Translations under genes and position numbers: made by a program
Source of the DNA: an uncultured archaeon
GTDB taxonomy: Archaea > Asgardarchaeota > Hermodarchaeia > Hermodarchaeales > Hermodarchaeaceae
Assembly (NCBI GenBank): GCA_964347045.1
Contig: CAYFXC010000006.1
Span: forward strand, 40,047 to 100,414
Direction of reading: 5' to 3'
DNA: 60,368 nt
Notes under the pieces: generated by a model
What the model saw: the letters and a program-made list of their open reading frames with translations, nothing else
What the model was told of the DNA's origin: nothing
The model's database searches: none
In this document: in pieces, positions 51,301-59,919 of the stretch
Layout: each line of letters begins with the position of its first letter
Numbering within the stretch: the stretch's first letter is position 1

Positions 51301-52340
51301 CCTGGGCGCCGTTACTTCTTGCAGATCCGTCACCAAGCCTTCGGTTACTTGTCTTACGAGACTTATTGAATCGCCCCGAATCTGATGAGGAAGTCCAAGA
51401 GCTTCGAAAACTCCAACCGAGTGACCCAATTGTAGAGAAATTCCTTGCACTTCAAGAGAAGGATGGCTCCTTCAGAAGTGGAGAAGGAGGAGGTGCAATT
51501 CTAGGGCGAATTCGCATGACCGCTCAAGCCCTCATGGGTTTAGGTTATTTCGGATTAGGCCCCAAGCACCCCGCGATTAGAAGAGGAGCTGAATTTCTTT
51601 TCGCGCAACAGCAAGCTGATGGGTCATTTCCAATGATAGCACAAGGAGCAGTATTGGATGGAGGACAAGCAGCAGATGTGAAGTACCATGCGATACCGGT
51701 TCAAACTGCCTTACCCCTCATAGGACTAGCGTGGGTAGGATATGCAACGGATTCACGAGCAGAATTAGCCTATGAATGGCTCCTTAACGAAGAACTCTCA
51801 GAGGGAGGTTGGCCTTCAGGTCGCCACAAGGACAAATACATTTTTGCGGCAGGATATCGCCGCCTCCCGCATTCCAAATTCGGCTGTCGCACCAACACCA
51901 CAGCAGCCGTCAGTGCATTGGCATTACATCCTACACGACGCACTAGTGAACCCGCACGACGTGGTCTGAAAAAACTACTCGCCCAAAAACAACGCCCAGC
52001 ACACACCCTGGGATTTGAGGTCGCACGGATTGTCGGCGCCGAACCCCCACGGGGCGGCTTCACCTATTTCAAACGCTATGATGTAGCACAAATACTTGAC
52101 CTAGCCTGGCGAATCGGAGCCAACATGGACGACCCCCGCATCGCTGACAACGTCAAATTTGTCCAAAAACTACAAGGCCCCTATGGACTCTGGGAATACC
52201 CACGATACCCCGAAGTCACCCGATGGATAACCTTCGATATCCTCCGATCCCTAACCCACCTAGACCAAAACACTAACTGGTTCAACACAGAACCCCCAAC
52301 CCCCTTCCAACCCTACCCCAAAAAACCACCACGGTTCTAA
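51297..52340 (+). CDS. Prenyltransferase/squalene-cyclase repeat (alpha/alpha toroid) protein
   Basis: QW-like repeats LQEKDGSF, QQADGSF, ELSEGGW, LQGPYGLW; ATGA overlap with uvrA-like gene. Confidence 0.75.
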   Translation: MTWAPLLLADPSPSLRLLVLRDLLNRPESDEEVQELRKLQPSDPIVEKFLALQEKDGSFRSGEGGGAILGRIRMTAQALMGLGYFGLGPKHPAIRRGAEFLFAQQQADGSFPMIAQGAVLDGGQAADVKYHAIPVQTALPLIGLAWVGYATDSRAELAYEWLLNEELSEGGWPSGRHKDKYIFAAGYRRLPHSKFGCRTNTTAAVSALALHPTRRTSEPARRGLKKLLAQKQRPAHTLGFEVARIVGAEPPRGGFTYFKRYDVAQILDLAWRIGANMDDPRIADNVKFVQKLQGPYGLWEYPRYPEVTRWITFDILRSLTHLDQNTNWFNTEPPTPFQPYPKKPPRF

Positions 52341-52410
52341 CCACGCCCCCACCAACCCCCTCAACACCCAAAGGGGGGTGGGGTCACACAGGGGGAGGGG
52401 GAAAAAAGCA
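52341..52410. other. C-rich/G-rich hairpin and G-quadruplex-like tract between convergent operons
   Basis: CCCCAC..CCCCCT / AGGGGG-GTGGGG pairing; G6-T-G4-N7-G5-A-G5 at 52373-52401. Confidence 0.6.
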
Positions 52411-52460
52411 ACAGCAATACTCCCATGATTCTTCATCTTCCGACTCCTTCTTCTACTTGG

Positions 52461-53009
52461 TTATAGTTTTGATATAATATTATTAGCAAATAGTGCTGCA
52501 TTCTCTAAATCCTTGGAGTTTGGGTGCGTTCTAACTTCAGAAAGGTATTCCGCCCATTCATCATCGGATACTATGATTTCACGATGAATGAACGCTTCAA
52601 TTGGCGCTGATGGAGCCCCCATACAATGGAAATATCCAAGAAATCGTATTCTTTTTTCTTGACATTTTCTCTCAAAAGTAGGAACACATTTCCCAGCCCA
52701 TTGTGCGAATAATTCCTTTCGCCTTGCAGTATGATCAGGCGTAAAAGTGGCGTGGGTGAAGAATCCAGCTATTTTAAATTTTGGATGGTGAGGGAGGTTG
52801 TCTAAGAACCGAATAAATGGACGTGCAAGATCTGCATCATGGCAGCTTGACCCAAGAAATAATACATCATAAGAAATGAGCTCATCAGATGAAACATCTT
52901 GAATCTTACTAAGTTTCACTTCATTGTCCGCGGAAACCGCTTTATGAATTGCTTCAGCAATCTTTTGCGTGTTCCTAGTTTCGCTGTAATAGGCGATAAG
53001 AATTTTCAT
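52461..53009 (-). CDS. Flavodoxin domain protein
   Basis: YYSETRNTQKIAEAI, YD.LFLGS, F.C.G, HP...DL..A..FA. Confidence 0.85.
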   Translation of the reverse strand: MKILIAYYSETRNTQKIAEAIHKAVSADNEVKLSKIQDVSSDELISYDVLFLGSSCHDADLARPFIRFLDNLPHHPKFKIAGFFTHATFTPDHTARRKELFAQWAGKCVPTFERKCQEKRIRFLGYFHCMGAPSAPIEAFIHREIIVSDDEWAEYLSEVRTHPNSKDLENAALFANNIISKL

Positions 53010-53055
53010 GAAGTCAATATGAATTACAAGTTAATAAAATCAATGAAATCTGAGT

Positions 53056-53982
53056 CTATTCGTTTAGCCCACGATCCCAGTATGCCGCATTCACCCACTG
53101 GCTGATAAATTGATCAATATCTTTAGGATAGGTGTAATCAAGCTTTTCTGCTACCTCTTTTGCAATCCAACGAAACAGTTGCATTGTATTTGCCAGCGCT
53201 TGCCACACATCATCCTCATCGTAATGCGCAAACGCCCCTCTTAGATCTGCAATTATCCGGGGGTCAGCCCACCTCTCTAAGAACCTCCCTCGAAACCACG
53301 TGTCATGAGTCTGACCTTGATTTACTTGTGCATGCCACTCGATCATAGGTAGAAGACTCCGACTCTTCATAAAAGAGTCTAGACAGCTCTTTCCTTCCCA
53401 AAGTTCACCGCGGCGAAGTTTCTTGGCAGCCCAGACAGCATGGTACCAAAAATCATGAACTCTTTCAAGATATTCATGTTCTGTTGGAAAATCTGGTGGT
53501 GGAACCTCAATCGTTTTGAATTCTTTGAGAAAGGCATCCATAACACCGTCCTTGTCAACTAATATCCGGATTCCTCGACCAATAATATTGGCATTTTCCT
53601 TTACAAATTCGGGAGTAATACCCTGTTTCTTTGCTTCTAGAACAAAACGAAAAGGCTCAACAGCAAAATCCACGTCTAAACCATTATCAAACAATACACG
53701 ACGCTCATAGTTATCCCCTGATCCAACAGCGATGGGTTCAACAAAAGTAATTACTGGATTTCCAAACTGGCTGACCCACTCTCCAGAATCTAGGAGAGTT
53801 CGTGGTTTAGTCGAAAAGATTATGATATCGAGATCGGACCATCTATCAGCTGGAGTTTTCGTTCGGGCATAGGAACCCACAACATAGGCCAATCGAATGT
53901 GGTCTTGAGTTTTTGCCCATTTAATGAATTTCCTTTCGACACTTTTGTAGAATTTAATGATTTCAGATTTGTCTAACAGCAA
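53056..53982 (-). CDS. Aminoglycoside 6-adenylyltransferase (ANT(6)/AadK)-like nucleotidyltransferase
   Basis: GSYAR...DRWSDLD, VLF..G.DVD, LVDKD, FW......K.L.RGE, GRFLE.W. Confidence 0.85.
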   Translation of the reverse strand: MLLDKSEIIKFYKSVERKFIKWAKTQDHIRLAYVVGSYARTKTPADRWSDLDIIIFSTKPRTLLDSGEWVSQFGNPVITFVEPIAVGSGDNYERRVLFDNGLDVDFAVEPFRFVLEAKKQGITPEFVKENANIIGRGIRILVDKDGVMDAFLKEFKTIEVPPPDFPTEHEYLERVHDFWYHAVWAAKKLRRGELWEGKSCLDSFMKSRSLLPMIEWHAQVNQGQTHDTWFRGRFLERWADPRIIADLRGAFAHYDEDDVWQALANTMQLFRWIAKEVAEKLDYTYPKDIDQFISQWVNAAYWDRGLNE

Positions 53983-53992
53983 TTAACCACCC

Positions 53993-55039
53993 TTATAATC
54001 TTTCAAGAGCTTGTATGAGAAACTCTCCCTCTCGATTAAGCCATTGCTCAGCACCTTCACGAAACATTGGATGTGCAAACCAAGAATTCACCGCATATAG
54101 CATAGCAGTCGCATGCCAGGCACCAATAAATAGGTCCAAATACTTCCATTGGGATTTCGGCATCGGACGGATCTCCGTATATCCCTCTAATAGGGCCTTT
54201 AGTATTGGTTCGCGTGTCTCGATATCTTCGAGTTCAGCTACTGAAATAGCCAAATCATAAATCCAATAACCATAGGCGGAGTCGTCAAAATCAATGGGTC
54301 GCGTATCTCCTTGATACCAGAGAATATTAGTATCCAAGCATAAATCAGCATGAATCAAGCCATAAACATCTGACCCTTTACCTAAATCATTCATAACAAT
54401 ACGAACCTGATTAGTAACAAGATCGAGGGGTTCTCGATAATTTTTAGGTATTGCCTCCCAGAGTTTACTTGCGGGAAATTCGAATAGTCCACCATCACTG
54501 AAGAGTCCTTCCCAATCATAGTGAATCCGTGTGAAACCTTTTGGTGGTGTCCAATGAACAGCATGATTGTGTAATTGTGCTGCGATTCGACCAAGTATCT
54601 TATAATGATGTGGAAGAATTTCTTTAGGGGTTTTGCGTCCTTTTACCCAACGTAGAAGTGTTGCATTTTGAGGGGATGGTATTCCTGGGACATCAGTAGT
54701 GGTTACAAGCTCACCTTTGTTATTTTGAATAGGTTCAGGCACAATTAGGTTTGTATCTTGAAGGAGGGCTTGAAGCCAGAGTAATTCCGATCGAATAGCA
54801 TCAGTTGTTTGATATTTTGGTTGGTGTAAACGTAAGATGTAGTGATTTTCCCAAAATCGTCCATCCTCTGGTTCGCTTGGAGCACACCTAGAGGTGTCCA
54901 CTTGATAATGGGCGTTGCCGGTATAGTCAATGAATTTCAGCTTCGCGTTTGATAGATTATAGGCATCCAGAGCCGCTTGGGCTTGTTTCCTTAAACGCTG
55001 AATCCGACCTCGTGCTGTGAGTTCATTGAATGACTTCAT
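53993..55039 (-). CDS. APH/homoserine-kinase-II family phosphotransferase
   Basis: I.SEL.WL, GLIHADL...N, IDFDD..YG...YD. Confidence 0.9.
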   Translation of the reverse strand: MKSFNELTARGRIQRLRKQAQAALDAYNLSNAKLKFIDYTGNAHYQVDTSRCAPSEPEDGRFWENHYILRLHQPKYQTTDAIRSELLWLQALLQDTNLIVPEPIQNNKGELVTTTDVPGIPSPQNATLLRWVKGRKTPKEILPHHYKILGRIAAQLHNHAVHWTPPKGFTRIHYDWEGLFSDGGLFEFPASKLWEAIPKNYREPLDLVTNQVRIVMNDLGKGSDVYGLIHADLCLDTNILWYQGDTRPIDFDDSAYGYWIYDLAISVAELEDIETREPILKALLEGYTEIRPMPKSQWKYLDLFIGAWHATAMLYAVNSWFAHPMFREGAEQWLNREGEFLIQALERL

Positions 55040-56190
55040 TTTTCGATTTTCACCTCACAAGTTAGTTCGAAGAAATCAGCTAACCGGATTGCATCAAGAC
55101 TAACATCATCTAGTTGAGATTTGGAAAGAGGATTAAAGGGCTCGATTATGAGGTTGATTTTCTTGGTAGTGCGTTTCTGGTTCCAAGTCCCGATTACTTT
55201 GCCTTCTTGAAGAAGGACCGGGGCAATCCATGCAGCCTTCTTGAAAACCAAATTGTAGTGTGATTCGTCAACAATATGACTTTTGTCTTTATGTCCGAGA
55301 AGAAAGATATCAAAATTCGGTAATAGGCGAACTGGTCGTGGTTCAATCTGAGTTTCCAAGAGTTTGTTTAAATCGTCTTGGAGAATCAAGAGAGGTTTCC
55401 CATTTAGTCTGACTTCAGCTAGTTTATGCAGGTTTCTTTCCCAGATTGAATTGACTATGGTCATTTTAAGTCCTGCCCAGGTAGAGAAATCTTGGGGAGT
55501 AGCAGGACCATAGCTTTGAAGATAATTCATTAAAATCGTATCTTCTGCTGTTTCTTTTTCAATCTCTGGTTGAATAGGGAGCCATTGATTAGTCAATACT
55601 AGTGATGCTTTTCCATTCAAATAGGGACCAAAGCAGGCTTTCCCCTCATACGCGAGGAGTTTTGTTACAATATAGTATCCTGTATCTACCCAAGGACGAG
55701 CGTCATTTCCTATCTCTTTTGCGACATGATTTGCTACTTCATCCTTGGTGGCCGGTCCATCTGCAAGGACATCCTCAATTGCATTAAGAATTGCTTCGAA
55801 ATCATGTTGAGACGGATCAAATTTTGCTACTTCACCAAATTCTCGAATTCCACGTTTTTCGAGCCAGGTCTTATGTTGTGCTATTCGTGGTTCGATTATT
55901 GCCTTCAAATAAGCTACAAAGTCCTTGGTTGCGAGATAGTGGGCTGTGCCACGCATACACCAAGTGCGAAGGATTAATTTGGAGGTCCAAAGTGCGTTTC
56001 TAATATCTTCTGGTTTGAGATTGTCAATTCGTGCCCATAGCTGAAGATTAGCTGCTGCAGGCATTTGAGCTTGAATCCCACAGACTCTTGAAACCACTTG
56101 TTCGAGGTCGTTTGAAGAAGCTCTCTCAGTTAAGAAATGGCGATCCATGCGAAATCCATTGATTTGTTCTTGAGTAACTTCAGTTGCCAT
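55036..56190 (-). CDS. AlkZ/YcaQ (HTH_42) family DNA glycosylase, QxQ type
   Basis: GIQAQ, RTWCMRGTAH, YL..YGPAT..DF..WAGL, LLP.FD.FLLG, G.V.GTW. Confidence 0.9.
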   Translation of the reverse strand: MATEVTQEQINGFRMDRHFLTERASSNDLEQVVSRVCGIQAQMPAAANLQLWARIDNLKPEDIRNALWTSKLILRTWCMRGTAHYLATKDFVAYLKAIIEPRIAQHKTWLEKRGIREFGEVAKFDPSQHDFEAILNAIEDVLADGPATKDEVANHVAKEIGNDARPWVDTGYYIVTKLLAYEGKACFGPYLNGKASLVLTNQWLPIQPEIEKETAEDTILMNYLQSYGPATPQDFSTWAGLKMTIVNSIWERNLHKLAEVRLNGKPLLILQDDLNKLLETQIEPRPVRLLPNFDIFLLGHKDKSHIVDESHYNLVFKKAAWIAPVLLQEGKVIGTWNQKRTTKKINLIIEPFNPLSKSQLDDVSLDAIRLADFFELTCEVKIEK

Positions 56191-56331
56191 CCTGTGCACC
56201 TAGAGAAAAAGCAATGAGGGCTAGAATCTGTATTACTTATTGATAGCCTTTATGTCATGAAGAAGTCAAGAATGAAGATTGGATAAACATTTCAAGATAC
56301 CAATACATAAGATAGGATAACGTGAGCCAAC

Positions 56332-57099
56332 ATGCCATCCCTTCGAATTGCTTTTGTTCATTCAGATACTGAACGAGCCACTAAAGCCTATGAAACACTA
56401 ACTACCCAGTATGATTTCGTTCCTGTTGAAGAGGCAGAAATCGTTGTGGCACTTGGCGGCGATGGCTTCATGCTCCGGTGCTTCCATAAATTCGTGAACC
56501 AAAAAGTTCGAGTTTATGGTATGAACCGTGGAACCATTGGTTTCCTTTTAAATAAATACCAAGAAGATGAGCTCCTAGAACGTATTCAGGCTGCTAGGGA
56601 GGAACATATCTATCCATTGAAAATGACAGCACAAACAGGTGATGGGAAAATACATAATGCTATCGGCTTCAACGAGGTCGCCATCATACGGCAATCCCAA
56701 CAATCCGCCCATATCCGCGTCTCTATTAACGGCAAAGTGCGCCTTGAGAATCTCATTTGTGATGGCATTCTGGTTGCGACGCCAGCAGGCAGTACGGCAT
56801 ATAATTTGTCTGCACGAGGTCCAATTATACCAATTGGATCGAATGTCTTAGCATTAACACCCCTCAATCCTTTTCGCCCTCGACGTTGGAATGGTGCATT
56901 ACTCCCCCAAACAGCTATTTTTGATTTTCAAATTCTTGACCATGAAAATCGCATTGTATCCGTATCTGCTGACTTTGACGAAGTAAAATATCCAATCTCA
57001 GTAAAGGTCCAAGAAGACCAATCCCAGTTTGTAAAAGTATTATTTGATGAAGGACACTCGCTGGAAGAACGCATTATCCAAGAACAATTCATTCAATGA
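56332..57099 (+). CDS. nadK: NAD kinase
   Basis: LGGDG, GTIGFL, NE, DG..VATPAGSTAYNLSA. Confidence 0.95.
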   Translation: MPSLRIAFVHSDTERATKAYETLTTQYDFVPVEEAEIVVALGGDGFMLRCFHKFVNQKVRVYGMNRGTIGFLLNKYQEDELLERIQAAREEHIYPLKMTAQTGDGKIHNAIGFNEVAIIRQSQQSAHIRVSINGKVRLENLICDGILVATPAGSTAYNLSARGPIIPIGSNVLALTPLNPFRPRRWNGALLPQTAIFDFQILDHENRIVSVSADFDEVKYPISVKVQEDQSQFVKVLFDEGHSLEERIIQEQFIQ

Positions 57100-57197
57100 A
57101 ATCGATCTCTAATTGTGCTCTAATTCGGATAAGCAGCGAGTGGGCTGAAATATATATATTGAATTAGCTGCGTATCCTTTGGTTTAGGGTGATGTAA

Positions 57198-58964
57198 ATG
57201 GTGTCGATTACAGATGTAAGTGTTAAAGCCGCACTATCAAGTCCTGATTTAATAACAATTGATAATATCTCTGCTCTTGCAAAAGGTCATGGTGGATTGA
57301 ATATTGCTGCCATGGTTGCGTCAAACGCGATTGCAAAAGAACTACTTGAGGGTAGAGATATCCAATTGCTACCCGTTAATAAACCTGAGATTGAAGCCGA
57401 CATTGTAATAAGGAAAGGTGTGGAGGCAGCAAAATTAGCTGGTGCGATCCCTGCAAATGCAGCTTTATTGACAGCCTCTTTGGTGTATCTTGCTGGAGCT
57501 AATGCACGAGTGGGCTGTCCAGGGGGTAATCGAAAATTAGGTGCAAGTGCACGGATGATCGCAGGTGCTGATAAAGGAGGAGTCATGCTAATTCCGGCAG
57601 GAAAATCTACCAACAAGATTACCGCGTTCCCTGCGGTGCACGCAATCCATCATGCGATGATGGAAGGACGGCTAACAAAAGTTGAGGGATCAAAGCTCCC
57701 AGGAGGAGTTGGTGGCCCCTTTTACGGTCATGGTTCCCTGGGAGAAGACTTCGTCTTTCCAGAATTAACCGAAAACATCGCTCGAATTGGCACTGAAGCC
57801 ATGATAAATGCCTATTCTGGCATGGGAATGAGACCAAATGAGTTCATGTCATCAATTATCGCAACGGCAGCCGCGATGGAGCTTATTCATCCTGATGCTG
57901 AATTTGATGTAGAAGAAGAGGGGGTGTGGTCACGAACGGATACATCCTTAATGGCAGGTCGAGTTGCAGCAAAAACGGTTGGATTCCCTGATAAAATTCA
58001 TCTTCGTGGTACGAATGAAGAATTTGATACAGCCCGGTTAATCGCAGATCTTGGGATGATGTTTAAGGATATCGGGACACCAACAGTTGTCGGTATAATT
58101 GCATTTCAAGAGATTTTTGCCTGTTTCAAAGAAAGTGCAATATTAGGAACAGGGGGAAGTGGTGGACCACGGTGTGGACCACAGGTACACCAAGGAGTGG
58201 CAGATTGTGCAATTATTTTACGGGTCTTGGCTCAAACGAAATCAGTGGAGAATGGCATCAGAGCCGTAAAGAATAACAAAGCAACATTTATCGACCCTGA
58301 GATGGCCATGGTTGCAGCAAATACAATTGCGAGAAAAGCGGATCAAGTTCTTTCAGGACCTATTACAACTGCACTGATCCAAGCAACTGAAGAGGAGACA
58401 CATAAAGCGCTAGCCAGTAGAGCAGAAGAAGCCTTCAAAAGAATATCCGCAGGCGAAAGACTTGCCGACGTGGTGAAGCACTTTGAGGATATCCGAGTGA
58501 GGAATGTTGAGGCGGGTACTGCTAAGTTCTTCGGACAGAGAATGGGTAAAAAGATCGAAATTAGTGTGAAAAAGATTCAAGGAGGAGCGAGAAGACCCGA
58601 TGACTTTTCGAGAAAATACTACGGATTCGATATTGACGCAGATATTGAAATCACTGTTAATGGAAAGAAAGTTTTAGTAGAGGGACTTTCTCACAAAGCC
58701 ATCCCTGATGCGGTTTTGAACAAGAAAAAGGAACTCCTTGAAGTCCTTCCAATAGCATCGGCAACAGTTCATGAGCTTATGGTTTCTCCCCATACGATAA
58801 TGAACATAACAATTCCAGTTGCCGTTGCCTCAGCAATGAAAACGCTTTCTCCCATAGATGCAGCACGGGAGGCAGAAGATGCAGCCTATATTACTGCTTC
58901 CATTAAAGGGGCAAAATCAAGAGCAAAGAAAGTAGGAGAGCTTACTCTGAAATTAATGAAATAG
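57198..58964 (+). CDS. Uncharacterised 588-aa Ala/Gly-rich helical protein
   Basis: Long ORF, GGTGA RBS; conserved-looking blocks GNRKLGA, YGHG.LGED, ELIHPDA, KDIG.PTVVG. Confidence 0.8.
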   Translation: MVSITDVSVKAALSSPDLITIDNISALAKGHGGLNIAAMVASNAIAKELLEGRDIQLLPVNKPEIEADIVIRKGVEAAKLAGAIPANAALLTASLVYLAGANARVGCPGGNRKLGASARMIAGADKGGVMLIPAGKSTNKITAFPAVHAIHHAMMEGRLTKVEGSKLPGGVGGPFYGHGSLGEDFVFPELTENIARIGTEAMINAYSGMGMRPNEFMSSIIATAAAMELIHPDAEFDVEEEGVWSRTDTSLMAGRVAAKTVGFPDKIHLRGTNEEFDTARLIADLGMMFKDIGTPTVVGIIAFQEIFACFKESAILGTGGSGGPRCGPQVHQGVADCAIILRVLAQTKSVENGIRAVKNNKATFIDPEMAMVAANTIARKADQVLSGPITTALIQATEEETHKALASRAEEAFKRISAGERLADVVKHFEDIRVRNVEAGTAKFFGQRMGKKIEISVKKIQGGARRPDDFSRKYYGFDIDADIEITVNGKKVLVEGLSHKAIPDAVLNKKKELLEVLPIASATVHELMVSPHTIMNITIPVAVASAMKTLSPIDAAREAEDAAYITASIKGAKSRAKKVGELTLKLMK

Positions 58965-58997
58965 CCTGAATCAGTTTACACAAATCTTTGTTGTTGA

Positions 58998-59501
58998 GTG
59001 AAGTCAATGTTGATTATCACAGCTTTGGATGACATATCGGGTGAAACCGTAGCGTATGTCATCGATTTATTGCTTGAACAGGGAGCCAACAATGTTCATG
59101 TCTCTCAGACGGTGACAAAAAAGGGGCGAACGGGTCTCCTCTTCTTTATTGATGTGGATAAGGAAAATCTGGAAAGAATCAGCGAGATAATAATGACAGA
59201 ACTTGGATCTACCGGATATAATGTCATCGACACACAACATGTTCATAGCCAAAGCAAAGTTGCCAAACATAAAATCATCATCAAAGCAGAAGAGGAGAGC
59301 CTCAATGAAACTATTCGAATAACATCATCATATTCTCTAAAAGGGGAACTGGTGAAAATCGATCCGAGGCCTGAAGATCTAAAGAGAATAATTAAATGTA
59401 CTGAAAAGAAACTTGGGATTAATTTACCCTTTCGCGAACTCAAAAGAAAAATTATGAGAAATCCCCCCCAAGGAAACGAAGATATAATTTTAGAATTGTA
59501 G
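58998..59501 (+). CDS. Stand-alone LarC C-terminal-like domain (DUF111)
   Basis: LDDISGE...Y....L...GA.NV......KKGR.G, ELGSTG; lacks His-rich LarC N-terminal region. Confidence 0.75.
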   Translation: MKSMLIITALDDISGETVAYVIDLLLEQGANNVHVSQTVTKKGRTGLLFFIDVDKENLERISEIIMTELGSTGYNVIDTQHVHSQSKVAKHKIIIKAEEESLNETIRITSSYSLKGELVKIDPRPEDLKRIIKCTEKKLGINLPFRELKRKIMRNPPQGNEDIILEL

Positions 59502-59796
59502 TTTTGAAATTTCCCATTGATGGATTTCCAAAGTAGGCCCAACTAGTTCTTGACAAACCGTATCATAGGCGTGAAGGCTAATTATGTGGCAGTTCATAAA
59601 CATAATAAAATTGTTCATATTTACTCCGATGAATTAATAACTGCATAAATCGCTAATCCCATTGCGAGAATAAAGACGCAAGGCGCCTCTGAAAGCCCAG
59701 TAAGAAGAAAAATTCCGCCTAGAAAAGAGATCCCATGATCAGTTCAGCTGAAATATGAAATTTTATTGCAACTGGTTCTGTTTTTAATTCAGATAC

Positions 59797-59890
59797 TTTT
59801 TTAATAATTTATTAATTAATTATTAATTAATTATTAATATTTAACTTATTAATTTAAATTAAAACTAAAACAAAAAATATAAAAAATTCA
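59797..59890. repeat. AT-only tract with 11-bp tandem repeat TTATTAATTAA
   Basis: 59797-59844 has no G/C; units at 59809, 59820, 59831 (partial), 59846 (partial). Confidence 0.75.
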
Positions 59891-59919
59891 TTATCCTAAA
59901 AAAATTAGTGATTCAAAAC

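Noticed and set aside
14079-52340. CaaX-type prenylation pathway (Rab-like + prenyltransferase-fold + three ICMT homologs)
   Set aside because: The Rab-like protein has no C-terminal Cys, the genes are far apart, and ICMT/PEMT and toroid folds are widespread in prokaryotes
51297-52340. True squalene-hopene cyclase
   Set aside because: About half the expected length and lacks DxDD
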